Positions 25,500-37,975 of a DNA stretch of 64,000 bases are shown here, in pieces (the stretch's first letter is position 1; every line of letters starts with the position of its first letter). Source of the DNA: Mobula hypostoma (Eukaryota); the NCBI RefSeq assembly GCF_963921235.1, contig NC_086117.1:41230001-41294000 (forward strand), written 5' to 3'. The notes under the pieces were generated by a model. That model ran no database searches and had not been told where the DNA came from. It saw only the letters and a list, made by a program, of their open reading frames with translations. The position numbers were made by a program, and so were the translations under genes.

Positions 25500-26620
25500 T
25501 CAATTTCGCTAACTAGCCTTTGATGTGTGCTTTGACTATATGCTCTGAAAATCCATGTGGAAGACACTTCCTGTATTCTTTTCATTAACTCTATTATCTC
25601 TTTAAAAAAGAATTCAACTAAGTTAGTTGAAAATAATTTGTTTTTCAATAATTCTGTGCTGGCCCTGGCTCTTTTTTCAATTTAATCTTTCTTTGTACGT
25701 ATTAATGTTTTCTCTATTTCCAAAACCTTGTCATCAACCAAACTTGAACTAACTGGCCTGCAGTTGATTGGCATTTGCTCACACTACTTTCTGAACAAGG
25801 GTAATACATTTGCCATTTCCAATCCTCTAGCACCTTTCTTGTAACAAGTGAGAATTGAAAGATTATAGCAAACTCCAGCACAACTTCCTTAAGTGATCTC
25901 TGCTGTATCCTATTTGGATCTGGTGACTCAGTTACTTTAAGTATGACCAATTTATTAGACTTCCTCCTCAATTATCACTTCTGCCTCCCTTTCTATTGGG
26001 ATAGTGGAAGCATTCTTTTTTTAAAAATACAGCACCTTAGGCGCCACAACATTTGCCTTTTTGTATGGAAAAAAAGTCATAAGCCTTCAGAATGACAACA
26101 TAGATAAAGCGGAAGACTGCTTTAACTAGAGTCATGGACTAATGCAACAAGGACAGGCCTTTCAGCCCCACTGGTTCGTGCAGGGAGTATGCTGTAGTCA
26201 GCAAGTCACAGTTACCCATGTTTGGCCCATAATCCCTTCCAAGTACTTATCCAAATGCCTCTTCAATGTTGCAATTCTACAACCTTTACTACTTCCTCCA
26301 GAAACTTATTCCAGGTGCTTGCTATCCTCTGGGTAAAGTTGTCTCTCAAATCTCTCTTAAATTTCTCCCCTTTAGTATCTGTGCCCTCTGGCTTTGGATA
26401 CCCCAAACCTGGTGAAAAGACTAAGATTTTCCACTATAATCTTACCCCTCATGATTATATAAATTTCTATGAAGACACCTCTCATTCTTCTACACTCCAA
26501 GAAATAAAGATTGAGTGGTCAACCTGTCCCCATAACCCAATCCCTCTTGTCCAAGCAGCATTCTTATAAATATCTTTTGCACCCTATCAAGCTTGCAGTG
26601 TTATTCCTACAACAGGGCCC
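25500..26620 (-). mobile_element. Two degenerate CR1 fragments
   Basis: Minus ORF 25714-25971 (SPDPNRIQ...LKEV...EDWK) and a CR1 3' remnant at 26120-26620. Confidence 0.65.
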
Positions 26621-27176
26621 TTCTCAATAGTTAGCCCTTTCTCTCACATTAGATTTACAAAAACAAGAAGGGTAAATGTACTCTAGTTCTTCTTTCTCAT
26701 CCATTTCAGCATTCTACCAGAGCTGCTCTCCCAACAAAGTTTGCAAAGCAGAAATATGATCATGACCAGTATCCTATATTTCACTTCTATGCACAATCTA
26801 TATAATCTACAATATTTATATAATCTATAAGAAATCCAATTAACAAAATTAACATTTTTGTTACCTTAATAAAACAACCATTCCTCACAATAGTCCAGAA
26901 ATCCATAGTCATAAACTACAGCTGAACTGATCCTGCCCTCATCTTATGTTAACAATATACAAATTTTATAAGTATATTACCACCAAACTGATTTTTTTTT
27001 ATATTGCCCAGAGGCACTGCAGCTAAATTTATCATTTCAGTCTCCATCTCTGCCAAGACACGACAGTTAATTTTCTAATCTGTAAGTGAACTGTTACCAC
27101 ATCAAATAATTCATTTACTACGAGCAAATGTCTAAGCTCAATACCTTTTCCATTTTAGCAAATTAGATGCTAGTAT

Positions 27177-28035
27177 TGTTACATACCGTAAGATGTGATT
27201 TTTTTTTTGAGAGAATGATGTGATGGTCTTTTGGAGGTCACCTGATGTAATTTTCCCACCGATGTGAGGTCACGTGATGACGTGCACCACGGGTATAAAA
27301 GGGAAGACCTCAGATGACGCAGTTAGTTTTTAGTTTTTCAGATTTCCAGCTAGAACGTACTGTCTCCCCATTTCTATTGCGTATTTGTTTTATGACGCAG
27401 TTTCATTTTAAAACAGTTGTTACGTTCTGTTGCAAGGTACAATAGTGCTGGACTGGAAATTTTTGCTAGATATGTTGATGTACCTTATTCCAGCAGTAGT
27501 ACGGGAGAGTGAAGAGGGACCCGAAGGATTGAGAGGGGTCGGTATTGTTCGGCAGTTTAACAAAGGATCGACCTTATTGAGTCTTCGTTGAAGGAGTAGC
27601 GACCTGCATCGAAGATAACTCTTGCCAAAAGAGAAAGGTAGTTCATGCAAAGGTTTGCTCTCTAGAATTTAAGGTCAGTTGTTTTAAACTGTTTATTTCC
27701 TGCATCGTGAATCCTTTGGACAGAACCAACAGGAAAGTCGCGTCTATGAAGAAATCCTTCTCCAGAGAAGTCTCTCCCAATTGAACGTATCAATCTGTTG
27801 GACTTTTGAATTTACCATTTTAAGACCTATATCTGACTTTACTGCTTTAAGAACTGTTTTCGCATTTAACGCTTTAAGAACCAGTGCCCAGTGACAATTT
27901 GTTGAACGGCTGCATAGCTGTTAACTTCTGTTTAAGGTTTTGGTTTTTTTTATTGTTTATCCGTGTTTAATAAATGTTTGGTTGTTTTTATATAACCTGT
28001 CTCGATTGATATTCATTGTTGCCGGTTACGTAACA
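27177..28035 (+). mobile_element. Solo LTR (859 bp; Gypsy- or ERV-type)
   Basis: TGTTAC...GTAACA termini, 4-bp TSD GTAT (27173-27176 / 28036-28039), CACGTG 27271, TGACGT 27278, TATAAAA 27294, AATAAA 27969. Confidence 0.9.
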
Positions 28036-28076
28036 GTATATATAATGCATCTTTTATAGTTGCTATCAAGACTCAC

Positions 28077-28249
28077 CTTGTGCACCCTCACAGTCTAGGA
28101 TATGATATCCATTGTGCATGCACGCTGCAAGCAGCAAGTTTTCCTGACTTGGATGCCACTTAACTCTCCAGACACCTCCCTGGACATGGGTATCTGCCAA
28201 TGGCTGTTTCATCTGCCGGGAATCCCAAATGAGAACATGCTCATCATAA
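28077..28249 (-). CDS. DPH7: DPH7 coding exon 8
   Basis: TTCCAG|T...[33 protein letters not shown]...ACMHNG...G|GTGAGT. Confidence 0.97.
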
Positions 28250-28581
28250 CTGGAAAGAAAAGTAGAATTAAATTCGATCACTAGTAACAGAAGTCATTTC
28301 ATTTCAACAGATACCTAATCCAAATTTTGTAAAGTTAAGGTATCGCAATACTACAGAATTAGTTGCAAGTTTATGATGAAACGTACAATGCTTATAACTT
28401 TCTTAATATTTTAAATGCAATTTTTCTTCTCTACTTCTACTTTAGCCATTGCACTAGCTTTCCCAAAAATTCACCATCAGACACAATCTCAAAGTTGCAG
28501 AACTTGAGAGCAGCAAAGCGACCAAATGTCTTCTATGAATAAAATGTCTATCATTCAGTTTCTCAAAGACAGACTTGAATA

Positions 28582-30247
28582 CAGGTTTCCCCTGCCATCC
28601 GAAGGTAAAGCTTTCCTATGAAATGGTTCATAAGCCAGAATGTTGTAAAGCGAAGAAGCAATTACCATTTATTTATATAGGAAAAATTTGTGAGCGTTCA
28701 GACCCAAAAATAACCTACCAAATCATGCCAAATAACACATAAAACCTAAAATAACAGTAACATATAGTAAAAGCAGGAATGATATGATAAATACACAGTC
28801 CACATAAATTAGAAATACTTCTCTACAACGATTGCCTGCACTGTTCTCCGTAGTGAAAATCTCATGCAAGCGCTCTTGGCAGAAACACAGCGCAAGCGCC
28901 GTCGGCAGAAAATCTCACGCAAGCGCTCTTCAGTAAACTCTAGGCTATGAAGCTGCCAAATCATACCAAATAACACGTAAAAATACACAGCCGATATAAA
29001 GTAGAAATAATGTATGTACAGTGTAGTATCACTTACCGGAATTGGGAAGACAGCGCAGAGCACACTGATGAGAGTGTGTTAGGCTGAGTCATCGCAGGTT
29101 GGGGTGGTGCAGTGGCCCTCACCCTCCAGGCAGCGAACCGATACCGATACGCGAAGCGTGCAGTGGTAGAGCGGTAGCCGGGATGTATCCAGCACATCTT
29201 TAAGAAAAAAGCCTATATAAACATGCTAATTAATTAGGTGCCGCTCGGCACGTATATGTCGGCCCAGATCAGAGGCGATTGCTGATTGCGTCGTCTCTGA
29301 TCTGGGCCGACATTTACATGCCAGGCGGCACCTAATTAATTAGCATGTTTATTTTGGCTTTTTTCTTAAAGATGTGCTGGGTGGTCCTGGCTACCGCTGC
29401 ATTCTCCGCGAATCGGTATCTGTCTGCGGCCTGGGGGCTGGGGTGGTGGGACACTGGGGTGTCACCTCATCGTCGTCTGTTTCTATTAGGGCAGGCAGGT
29501 CATCTTCTTCTATGTCTGCCTGCCTCGATGTCGAAGGTCGAGGTTCGTCGTCTGCTGTGGCTGATGGGGAAGGCTTGCTTGACTGCTTAGCCATGCGCAT
29601 TTTTCTATCATACAGTTCTTTGTAAGCACTCAAATCATCCTGCAAATATGCCCTAAACTGACGTACCCTTTCAAAATTAAAGTCGTACTTTATCATTGCA
29701 GCGAAAATCTCATGCAGTTGCTTCACGTTCAGTTCCTGGACGACTTCACTTTTGGTCCGTTTGCTACTGTATTTGGTTTCGATTGTTATCCTTTCCTCTT
29801 CCAATTGCATCAGCTCTTCATCTATCAGCTCTTGGTCATGGGATGCCAAAACCTCTTCAACATCATCTTCGTCAACTTCCACAAGCCAAACTTACTTTGT
29901 CCTAACTTCGTTCACCATGACTGAACACTTAATTATGTCTAGTTTTACGCTAAGTGTAACACTCTTACAAGCTCTTTTAGGCTTTTCCAACACTTTAGAA
30001 CTCATCTTGCTAACGGCTGCTCACAGGCACGTGTTTAAGCAATGCTGGCGAGAATGCAGTTCCAAATCCGGGGGAGAGCGGCTGCTCGAGGCGCGCGCTA
30101 TTTTTTAATCGCACACTTTTTTTTCGCACGCTGCCTTTTTTCCTAACAGTGAAAACACCTTCTGTTAGCGAAAACAGGGAACTAATGTAGGTCTTTTGTA
30201 ACAGTGAGGTTTCGTAAAGTGAACGTTCGAAAAGCAGGAGACACCTG
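28582..30247 (-). mobile_element. Internally deleted Tigger/pogo DNA transposon with both ends
   Basis: TA TSD on both sides. TIRs CAGGTTTCCCCTGC / reverse complement CAGGTGTCTCCTGC. ORF 29391-29882 (EVDEDDVEEVLASHDQELIDEELMQLEEE) resembles the Tigger transposase acidic C-terminus; no DDE core. Confidence 0.88.
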
Positions 30248-30337
30248 TAATAGGTTTTGAGTTTACTATAATTTACAGCTCAATAAAAAAATTCTCAAAG
30301 AACAAAAATGTTCCTCTGGTTTAAGTAGAAATCTTAC

Positions 30338-30403
30338 CTTCCAGTAGCCAGTATGTGTTGTTTATGTGGATTGCTCTGGATACTACACACTCCCATTGAA
30401 TGC
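30338..30403 (-). CDS. DPH7: DPH7 coding exon 7
   Basis: TTTCAG|G HSMGVCSIQSNPHKQHILATG AG|GTAAGA. Confidence 0.96.
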
Positions 30404-31387
30404 CTGAAAAACAAGATTTTTGTTTGAGAATTCAGTGGAGACATGGGATTTTCCATTTCACTTTAAAAATGTCAGTGCAGTCAACTACCATCAGAAGCTG
30501 CCAGGTTCAAAGCCAACTTAAAAATATTAGGTATCTCAATTAGCATCACAGAAGAAGTGGTATTATTGAAGTGAAAAGGCATAGAACTATAGAGATTCAA
30601 AATATCAATCAGGATTCCAATTTTTGGTTTTAATCTATCAGCCTCTGTTCAAAAATATGCAAGAGAATGTTGATTATAAAAGGGATCAAGACCCACATTG
30701 GGATAGATACCTCAATGAAATCAGAACAGTGGTGTGATGCAACTATTTTACCAACCAAAAAGAATAATGTAAAGTTATTGCTCATTCCTCTTGATCCTAT
30801 GCCTATCATTCTACAACAGGTTTCAACATGATCTTACATTTCTGCTCAGGAGAATACAAAAGCAAATTGAGAATTTATTTTTTAAAAATCCCCTGTTCTT
30901 CTCTTCTTTGCTAAAGTTAATTTGGACTGAGCAGAAGCAAGAGAACTGGCAGCATATAGATTTCATTGATGTGAATTCAAACCTAGGGCTGGCATATTGT
31001 GCTTCTAAGTGTTCTCCTTTCACGTCTGGGGTCTATGCTGGGAATCTGCCCAGGTGATGAAACTTTTGTGAAAACGAGGTTAAGACAGTCTCAATTTATT
31101 CCCGTGTTGACGAAAGTTTTTAGTGCCCTAATGTCGACAAAGTTATGAAAAGGGACAGAATAATGGATGCAATAAAGGGGTTTTCATACAGACTTAAACT
31201 CAAGCTGTATCCTAACCCTTTCATTACTTAATACTGATTAGATCCTTGTGCAATACAACTCCACTAAAAGCTTATAGCTTCAACAGGATATACTGTACAA
31301 ATTTAAATAGAAATTTATTGCTATAATTATTACAGAGTAGTTATACAAAATACACCAGCAATTCCTTCAAATAAATGGAGCACACAC

Positions 31388-31460
31388 CTAGTGCTGGTAA
31401 AGAGTGGTCTGTTGGTCCCCATCCGCATATCCCAAACCTTCAACTTACTGTCATCACCTC
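31388..31460 (-). CDS. DPH7: DPH7 coding exon 6
   Basis: TTGCAG|GA GDDSKLKVWDMRMGTNRPLFTST AG|GTGTGT. Confidence 0.95.
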
Positions 31461-32109
31461 CTGCAAAAGGAAAGAGAAACAAAAACAATAAACTAGCCCA
31501 TGATGTTCTTCACAACACAAACAAAATGCATTCCCAAAAATGCTTGCTTTTCTCTGTCCTTGGGCAGAGAATTTGATTCCCATCTTATTTGTTCAGATAC
31601 AAATGTCGCTCCAGGCTAGGATATGACTTTGATATTATGCTTTTCATAAATGCATTCTCAAAGGATGAAATTGCATGAAATATTTTGAGATTATAGCCTC
31701 TACACAGAAAAGTCATTAACACAGAAAAAGTGCTGCACTAGATCAGAAAACTAAAGTAACAAATCACTTATCTCTAGATTTTACACAAGCTGCATTAAGT
31801 TCAAAGGATTGTCAATGTTTAATATTTTGTCAGCAAAATTCCAATTACAACACTTGTGTTTTTCATATTATGCAAGATGCAATCTTTTACAGTAATTAAA
31901 AAATGCAGAAAAATCAAGCTTAGACTTAATGTTAAAAATTCAAAGATCAATTAACATTCAAGATCAAAGACACACAAGACATTAGATAGAATTTTTCATG
32001 CACAATTCAGCCAGCTGGTCAGTTAAAAAATCAAAACTGAGCACAGTTAGAATATCAATAGCATATTTTGAGAGTTGTAGGATTTACCACTGACTAGATT
32101 TTTTTTTAA

Positions 32110-32347
32110 AAAGTTACAGCATTGTAACAAACCCTTTTGGCCCAACAAGCCCATGCACCCAATTCACCTACTGTATATGACTAATTAATCAAATAACAAA
32201 CACATATCTTTGGAATGTGGGAGGAAGCCAGAGGAAATCCACATGGTCAAGGGGAAAACGTACAAACTCCTTACACATAACAGTGGAAATTGAACCCAGG
32301 TTGCTGTAGTAGCATTACACTAACCTTTATGTTACTGTGCCGCCCCA
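32110..32347 (-). mobile_element. HE1/V-SINE-like tRNA-derived SINE, degenerate
   Basis: Minus strand starts GGGCGGCACAGTAAC, has B-box-like GGTTCAATT and V-domain-like GTAAGGAGTTTGTACGTTTTCCCC. Confidence 0.7.
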
Positions 32348-32986
32348 AAATTTTAACAAGAAAGAATGTGTTAAATAACTTAAGTCAATTATTTTGTAAT
32401 ATAATCATCCTTGGCAATAACTCTGAGGCAGATGACCTTTTATGGTAAATTATCTCAAATTTTAATTTAGTAACTAATTGTCTAATATTGGAAAGCTCAC
32501 ATCCTACTTCAAGGTTAAATTTCCATCTCATCAATTACACCAAAATGTTGGAACAGTTTTCCTCTGACAGTTCAACAGATAAATACAGGGTACACAGTTC
32601 AGTGTCAGGCCTGTGTCCAGTTATTCAGCTTTAGTTGAACTGTTGGTACTTAAAATGGCCATGACTGGAATTGGAGGATGGGGTTGATAATGGTTATTTT
32701 GAGGTTCTTCTCCTTCCCGTTCATTTCAGAAATGTTCTTGCATCTAGAAATTCGATGGCATGAACTCTCTAGTTTAACACTTGAGGAATTAATGCTTTGA
32801 AGATATGCTAAAGGATGCAACAAAATTGTACACAACACTTTAATGAACTCTGCCTTCATAGGAGACAATTTAAAGTGTCAGAATGTTTGCTAGTGTGAAA
32901 GCAAAGCAACAGTTCATACACAGATAAAAAATAAGTTTTAAGCTGACTTCTTTCGCACAACTGCTCAGAACAGATGAACAGGCTAC

Positions 32987-33144
32987 CTGAGTAAACAACA
33001 TCTGTATTCCAGTAATTGAAAGCCGCAATCCAAGCCTCAAAGTCATGTGCCTTCCACTGAGAGACCACATCCAGTCTACAGCTATCCACAGACACCAGAC
33101 TCAAACAGCCCTTAGAGTCACTGCTAATAATCTTGACAGGTTCA
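32987..33144 (-). CDS. DPH7: DPH7 coding exon 5
   Basis: TTGCAG|[13 protein letters not shown]...[24 protein letters not shown]|GTAGCC. Confidence 0.97.
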
Positions 33145-34771
33145 CTGCAATGACAAAAGTTAAATATTATGATTAGCAGCACAACATTTCACATTTCAGA
33201 AACAATTTCTGATTTCTTTTATTATGCATTGTTCTTGTTTTACCTTATTCTAGCTCAATGCACTATGTAATGAACAGCATGAAAGACAAAGTTTTCACTA
33301 CCTTAATACATGACAGCCAATTCCAATTCAACTTCAAAAAGTAGATAAACTACAACTTTAAATGAGAACATTTGCAAGTTACTCAGAGTTTACACATTAA
33401 ATTGACAGAAATAATCAATAAATTACTCTTAAAATCTTCAAAAATTGATGACATTCAACATGCTAAATAAATGTGAGTGATGTCAATTGTGGAGGTAGAA
33501 TATTAATTACGTTTGTTATCCAATATCAAGAACAAAAATAGTTAGATACATGAAAGGTCAACCTATCTGAACAGTTTTTATACACTTTAGTATTGAATAG
33601 TTAATAATAGTTATACTTTTAAAAAATGTTTGAGTCTATATCCTGCATACTCAAGGGAGATTTGATCAATTGCCATGAAATAATAAATTGAGCAGATTGT
33701 GTTCACGCTGCCAAATTATTTCAGATCAATGACACGTCAATATAAGGTTACACAAGATTACATGCATCTTGTTTTAAAGGAAAATAATGGAATTATTGAG
33801 TATCATTGCTGGTTGCACATCATTCCTATCTAAAATTGAAAAGATAGAAGCCAATTCATATGATATAGTTATTGCAGTTCTACGAGATGGTTTTAATGGG
33901 CTTGCTGGGGTTGGCTTAAGGAGTAGTTATGATGGTAGGGAATTTTTCAGTGGAACGTCAAATACCAAATTGACATATACACTACATGGCAAAGACTTCA
34001 AGAGTGTTGATGCACCTGAGATGCAAGTTCATAAGAGTTGGATGTCACACTAAGGTGTGCAAAACATCATTCAATCTGCACGGAGTATTGTATACAGTTC
34101 TAACTGCTTCATTACTGGAAGGATGTGGAAGCATTACAAACAATGCAGAAGAGATATTGGGTAGATTGGGTTTTACCTCACTGTAGAGGCCAAGTGGTGG
34201 GCCCTATAGTGATTTATAAGATTGGATAGAGAGTCAGAGATTTTTTCCCAAGACTAAAACTAGAGGAGAGAGAGGGAACTTTAAAGGAGTGCCAAGGGGT
34301 GAGTTTTCCCCACACAACTGGTGATTATACAGAATCAGCTCCTGAGAAAGTGGTACAGGCAGGTACAATATTTAAAAGGTATTTTGACAGGTGAGTGGAT
34401 AGGAAAGCGAAGGATACAAGCCCTATGCAGGTAAATGGGATTAGCGTAGATGGACATCAGAAGGTAGTATGGGCAAGTTGAGCCAAGGGGCCCTTTACGG
34501 TGCTTTTCAACTCAAAGACTCAATTTTGTTTCAATAATTCGATATGCTCTTACTTTCATTTTGAAATTTTCCCGAAGATTATCCCTTAACCTCCTAGGTC
34601 CAGGACTTAATCATGAAGCAAAATAAAATACAATTTTATAGGCTTTTCATATCCCCAACATACAGGTTTGACAGAAATACAAATTACTTCATACACTAGT
34701 TCCAGGAGATAAGAATGCATAGGGTGAACATACATTTGAAAAAAAAAATTGGGGGAGAAATAAAAACTTAC

Positions 34772-34863
34772 TGTTGTCTTCCTGTTGACCAATCCAGGGA
34801 CAGAGCCAGACATTCTGGCCATAACTTAACACTACACACAGACTCCAACAGGCAGCTGTTTTT
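34772..34863 (-). CDS. DPH7: DPH7 coding exon 4
   Basis: CAGTAG|KNSCLLESVCSVKLWPECLALSLDWSTGRQ CA|GTAAGT; CLALSLDWSTG is conserved with human. Confidence 0.95.
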
Positions 34864-35469
34864 CTACTGAAAGAAAAGATTTCACTGAGCCACAAGCAAT
34901 TCCAAATTGATGTCTACATTTCCATGTGCCTTTGTCACCAATTTTCTTCCCATTTCTTTTTCACGTTAGTGCAAAGTTTCAAAAGTATTAGTATCAACAA
35001 AAAGGCTTGAAAATTTTGTCTACATTTTTCTAACTGCAAGGAGCTTTAGTGACATATCCATTTTTGTTCTCCCATCTAGTATAAACATACCAGCAGGCAT
35101 GGAAGATAAGAACTGAAAAGATGTATAGGACCAATTACCCCTCCCTAATCCATGTGGGTGTAGCTAAGTACATATTTATATGAAGCAGTGGGTGTAAAAT
35201 GGGAGCAACTTGCAGTGAAAGATGAAGCAAAAGCCTCTTTCAACTTTTTTTCCTGTAGCACACAAAAAGCAGCATTTGACATTTTATCATCTTACAAAAT
35301 ACAGTTTAACTTTATCCTTGGACTAAACAAAACTATAAACATATTAACTGAAAGACCAGCCACACAAAACTAAGATTGATCACTATGCAATTTGTAGTAC
35401 AATAACTCTACAAACCAAAACAATATGCCGCAATTCGCCTACTACTCTACACAACAGATACAATCTCAC

Positions 35470-36540
35470 TGGCTCTCCACTCTGCTTCGGGGTACTTAGA
35501 CAACCGCAAACACCATACATTTTGTTGTTATTTATTGATTACAGCTCAGGATTTAACACCATCATCCCCTCATTACTAATCACCACACTTCAAGATCCTC
35601 AACTTTTTTAAATCAAGAGACCAGTCAGTGTAGATTGTTAATAACATCTCCTCTTCACTGACATCAACACAGTTGCACCTAAATGATGTACACTTAGCCC
35701 ACTGCTCTACTTTCTCTCTACACTTCTAACTGCAGATGAACACAGCTCAATTGCAATCTGTAAATTTGCAGAGGACACCAGTATTATTAGTAGAATCTCA
35801 AACAGCAACAAGGAGTCATACAGGCATGAGATAGATCAACAGGTTGTGTGGTGAATTGATTGGACTTAAGGAAGGGGGAATTGGGAGAACGTACTCCAGT
35901 CCTCATTAGGGGTCGGCAGTGGAAAGGACAAAGCAGTTTTAAGTTCTTGGGCATTAACTTCATGGAGAATCTACCCTGCACTCAGCACATTGATGGAATC
36001 ATGAGGAAGGCATGCCAGAAGTTATACTTTGTCAGGAGTTTGATGAGATTCGGTGTGTCACCAAGGTCTGCTACAGATTTCTATAGATGTATGATGGAGA
36101 GTATTCTGTCTGGTTGCATCACAGCCTGGTATGGAAGCTTCAATGCACAGGATCACAAGAAGCCACAGGGTCAGAGACTTCACCAGCTCCATCACAGACA
36201 CAACCCTCTCTATTATCAAGGACATCTTCACAAGATAGTGCCTCAGGAAAACAGTATCCATCACCAAGGGCTCTCACAAATCAGGACATGCACTCTTCTC
36301 GTTACCACCATCGGAGAGGAGGTACAGGAACCTAAAGACCCATACTAAAGAGTTCTGAAACAGCTTCTTCCCCTCCACCAGATTTCTGAATAGTCTAGGA
36401 AAACATGAACACGACCTTGCTATTCCTTTCTTTATGCACTATCTAGATTTGTAGTTTATGGTAATTTTGTGTTTGCACTGTATTGCTGCTGCAAAACATT
36501 TTACATCATATAATCGGTGATAATAAATGTGATTTGAATA
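35470..36540 (+). mobile_element. Rex1/Babar-type LINE, degenerate 3' part
   Basis: ORF 35860-36348 (SFKFLGI...LYFVRSL...FYRCMMESILSGCITAWYG); tail with AATAAA. Confidence 0.8.
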
Positions 36541-36769
36541 TTCTCCTTCAAAACCAAGCAAAATTGTTTCTAAATAGTCACTATTAATAGCATTCAAAGA
36601 CTAAAAAAAAATGATTCTTCATGATGAACCAGAAACCAAAAGTATACCTTCAAACATAATAAATCTCAATTAATGCAAACATTGTTATCTGTGGTCACAC
36701 AAATAAAAATGTTTTGATGCCCCATAAAGAAAAGGCACAAAAGGCTTAGCAAGTACTGCAAACCTTAAA

Positions 36770-37975
36770 CTCAAGAGATTCTGCAGATGCTGGAACTACA
36801 AAGTAACACACACATACAATGCTGAAGGAACTCAGCAGGTCGTGCAGCATCTAGGGCAGGGATTCATAATCTTTTATTTGCCATGGATCAACACCTTTAA
36901 GCAAGAGGTCTGTGGACCCTAGGCTGGGAAACCCTGATCTAAGGGAAGGAAAAAAGAGTCAACATTTTGAGCTAAGACCCTTCATGACTAGAAAGGAAGG
37001 GGAAAAAAGCCAGAATAAGGTAGTGGGAGAGGAGTACAAGCTGGAAGGCAATAAGTGAAGTCAGGTGAAGGGGAAGTTAGGTCAGTGGGGAAGGAGGAAT
37101 CACGTAAGAAGCTGAGAGATGGCAGTTGGAAAAGGTAAAGGGCTTGAAGAAGGAGCAATCCAATGAGAGGAGAGTGTTCCATGGGAGAAAGGGAAGGAGA
37201 CCAGAAGGAAGGAATAGGCAGGTGAAGAGTAGAAGGGGCAAGAAGGGAGCCAGAATGGGGAATGGGAAAAAGGGGGGGGGGGGAGGAGAGAGAAATCAGA
37301 GGAAGTTAGAGAAATCGATGGTCATGCCAACAGGTTGGAGACTACCCAGATGGAATAAAGTATTGCTCCAAAACCTGAGAATTACCTCATCATACCAGCA
37401 GAGTAGGCCATGGACTGATATGGGAGAATGGGAATCAGGATTCGAATTAAAATGGTTGGCCACTAGGAAATTCTGCTTGTTGCATATGGAGCAAAGAGGG
37501 CTCAACAAAGTGGTCCCCCTATATAGGTTGGCTCTCACCGATGTACAGGAGGCCACACCAGGAGTGCAGAATATAGTGGGTGACCCCAACAGACTTGAAG
37601 GTGAAATGTCGCCTCACTTGGAAGAATTGTTTTGGGGCCCCAAATGGTGATGAGGAAGGAGGTGAATGAGCAGGTATAGCACTTCCTCTGCTTCAGGAAT
37701 AAGAGGCAATAGGGAGGGAAGAATGGACAAGGGAATCACAGAGGGAACAGTTCCTGCAGAAAGAGGAGAGGGGAGGAGGCAAAGGTGTGCTCAGTGGTAG
37801 GATAGCATTGAAGATGGCAGAAGTTGCAGCAAATGATGTTCTAGGTGTGGAGGCTCATGGGTGGTAGGTAGGGAGAAGAGGAACACTATTCCTGTAAGGC
37901 GGCGGGAAAATAGGGTGAGGGCAGATGTCTAGGGAATGGAGGAGATGAGGGTGAGGGCAATATCAATGGTTGAGC
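36770..37975 (-). mobile_element. Penelope-like element 3' part
   Basis: Minus ORF 37296-37589 VANHFNS...HGLL...FHLGSLQPVGMTIDFSNF (GIY-YIG C-terminus) plus the terminal repeat. Confidence 0.85.
36857..36936. mobile_element. 80-bp hAT (Charlie-like) MITE nested in the Penelope terminus
   Basis: TIRs CAGGGATTCATAATCT / reverse complement CAGGGTTTCCCAGCCT. 8-bp TSD ATCTAGGG / ATCTAAGG. Confidence 0.8.

Noticed and set aside
28860-28930. CRISPR-like spaced repeats
   Set aside because: Short degenerate internal repeats of the Tigger element; eukaryotic context, no unique spacers or cas genes.
29391-29882. Possible domesticated TIGD-like gene
   Set aside because: Only the C-terminal tail, inside a TIR/TA-bounded multicopy element; no DNA-binding or DDE domain.
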